Below, in pieces: positions 63,906 through 64,000 of a stretch of 64,000 nt of DNA. The notes under the pieces were generated by a model. That model was not told the DNA's origin, ran no database searches, and was given only the letters and a program-made list of their open reading frames with translations. The position numbers and the translations under genes were made by a program. Source of the stretch: a virus. Its lineage: Duplodnaviria > Caudoviricetes. Every line of letters starts with the position of its first letter. The first letter of the stretch is position 1. The DNA is taken from IMG/VR virus record IMGVR_UViG_3300043447_000415, positions 8,568-72,567 of that record; one strand, given 5' to 3'.

Positions 63906-64000
63906 CATCTCTAGGCTTCATGCGGGTTGCGGGACAGTTGGCAGGGTCGGCGCGCGAAATTTTTTCCTGTAAGGTTCTGGGAAATGGAGAGAGAAATTGT

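Overview
This 64 kb window is a contiguous piece of a large temperate, non-contractile-tailed dsDNA phage of a Gram-negative host, with a backbone of about 60% GC. Its gene inventory resembles what I recall of SSU5/pHCM2-type phage-plasmids; this is inference and no database search was run. Almost all genes are on the minus strand. In window order: a CobS/CobT-like AAA+/vWA pair; a truncated P4-type integrase with a tRNA-Ser attP; a replication and repair block (guanylate kinase-like, ATP-dependent ligase, WGR protein, primase, DnaB-like helicase, Hfq-like protein, PhoH, metallophosphoesterase); three tail-fibre genes with the holin/endolysin/Rz/Rz1 cassette and a low-GC swapped cassette between them; a lambda-like tail (J, I, K, L, M, tape measure, G/GT, tube); head genes (capsid, scaffold, portal, terminases); a ParB/ParB/ABC-ATPase/thioredoxin/GNAT operon; an SF2 helicase and small plus-strand genes; and a repeat- and palindrome-rich, partly very AT-rich region at 60.7-64 kb. 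The main observations are: (1) more than 20 copies of a 14-bp operator-like palindrome (AGTCA-N4-TGACT) lying on sigma70 promoters across all modules; (2) a 17/19 Fur box in a convergent AT-rich intergenic region of a phage that also encodes Hfq; (3) iteron-like 21-bp repeats and CCTAGG/CTTATAG arrays; (4) a candidate nucleic-acid acylation operon next to the terminase. No CRISPR array, rRNA or intact tRNA was found. Everything was read by eye, so product calls rest on recognised motifs and synteny.
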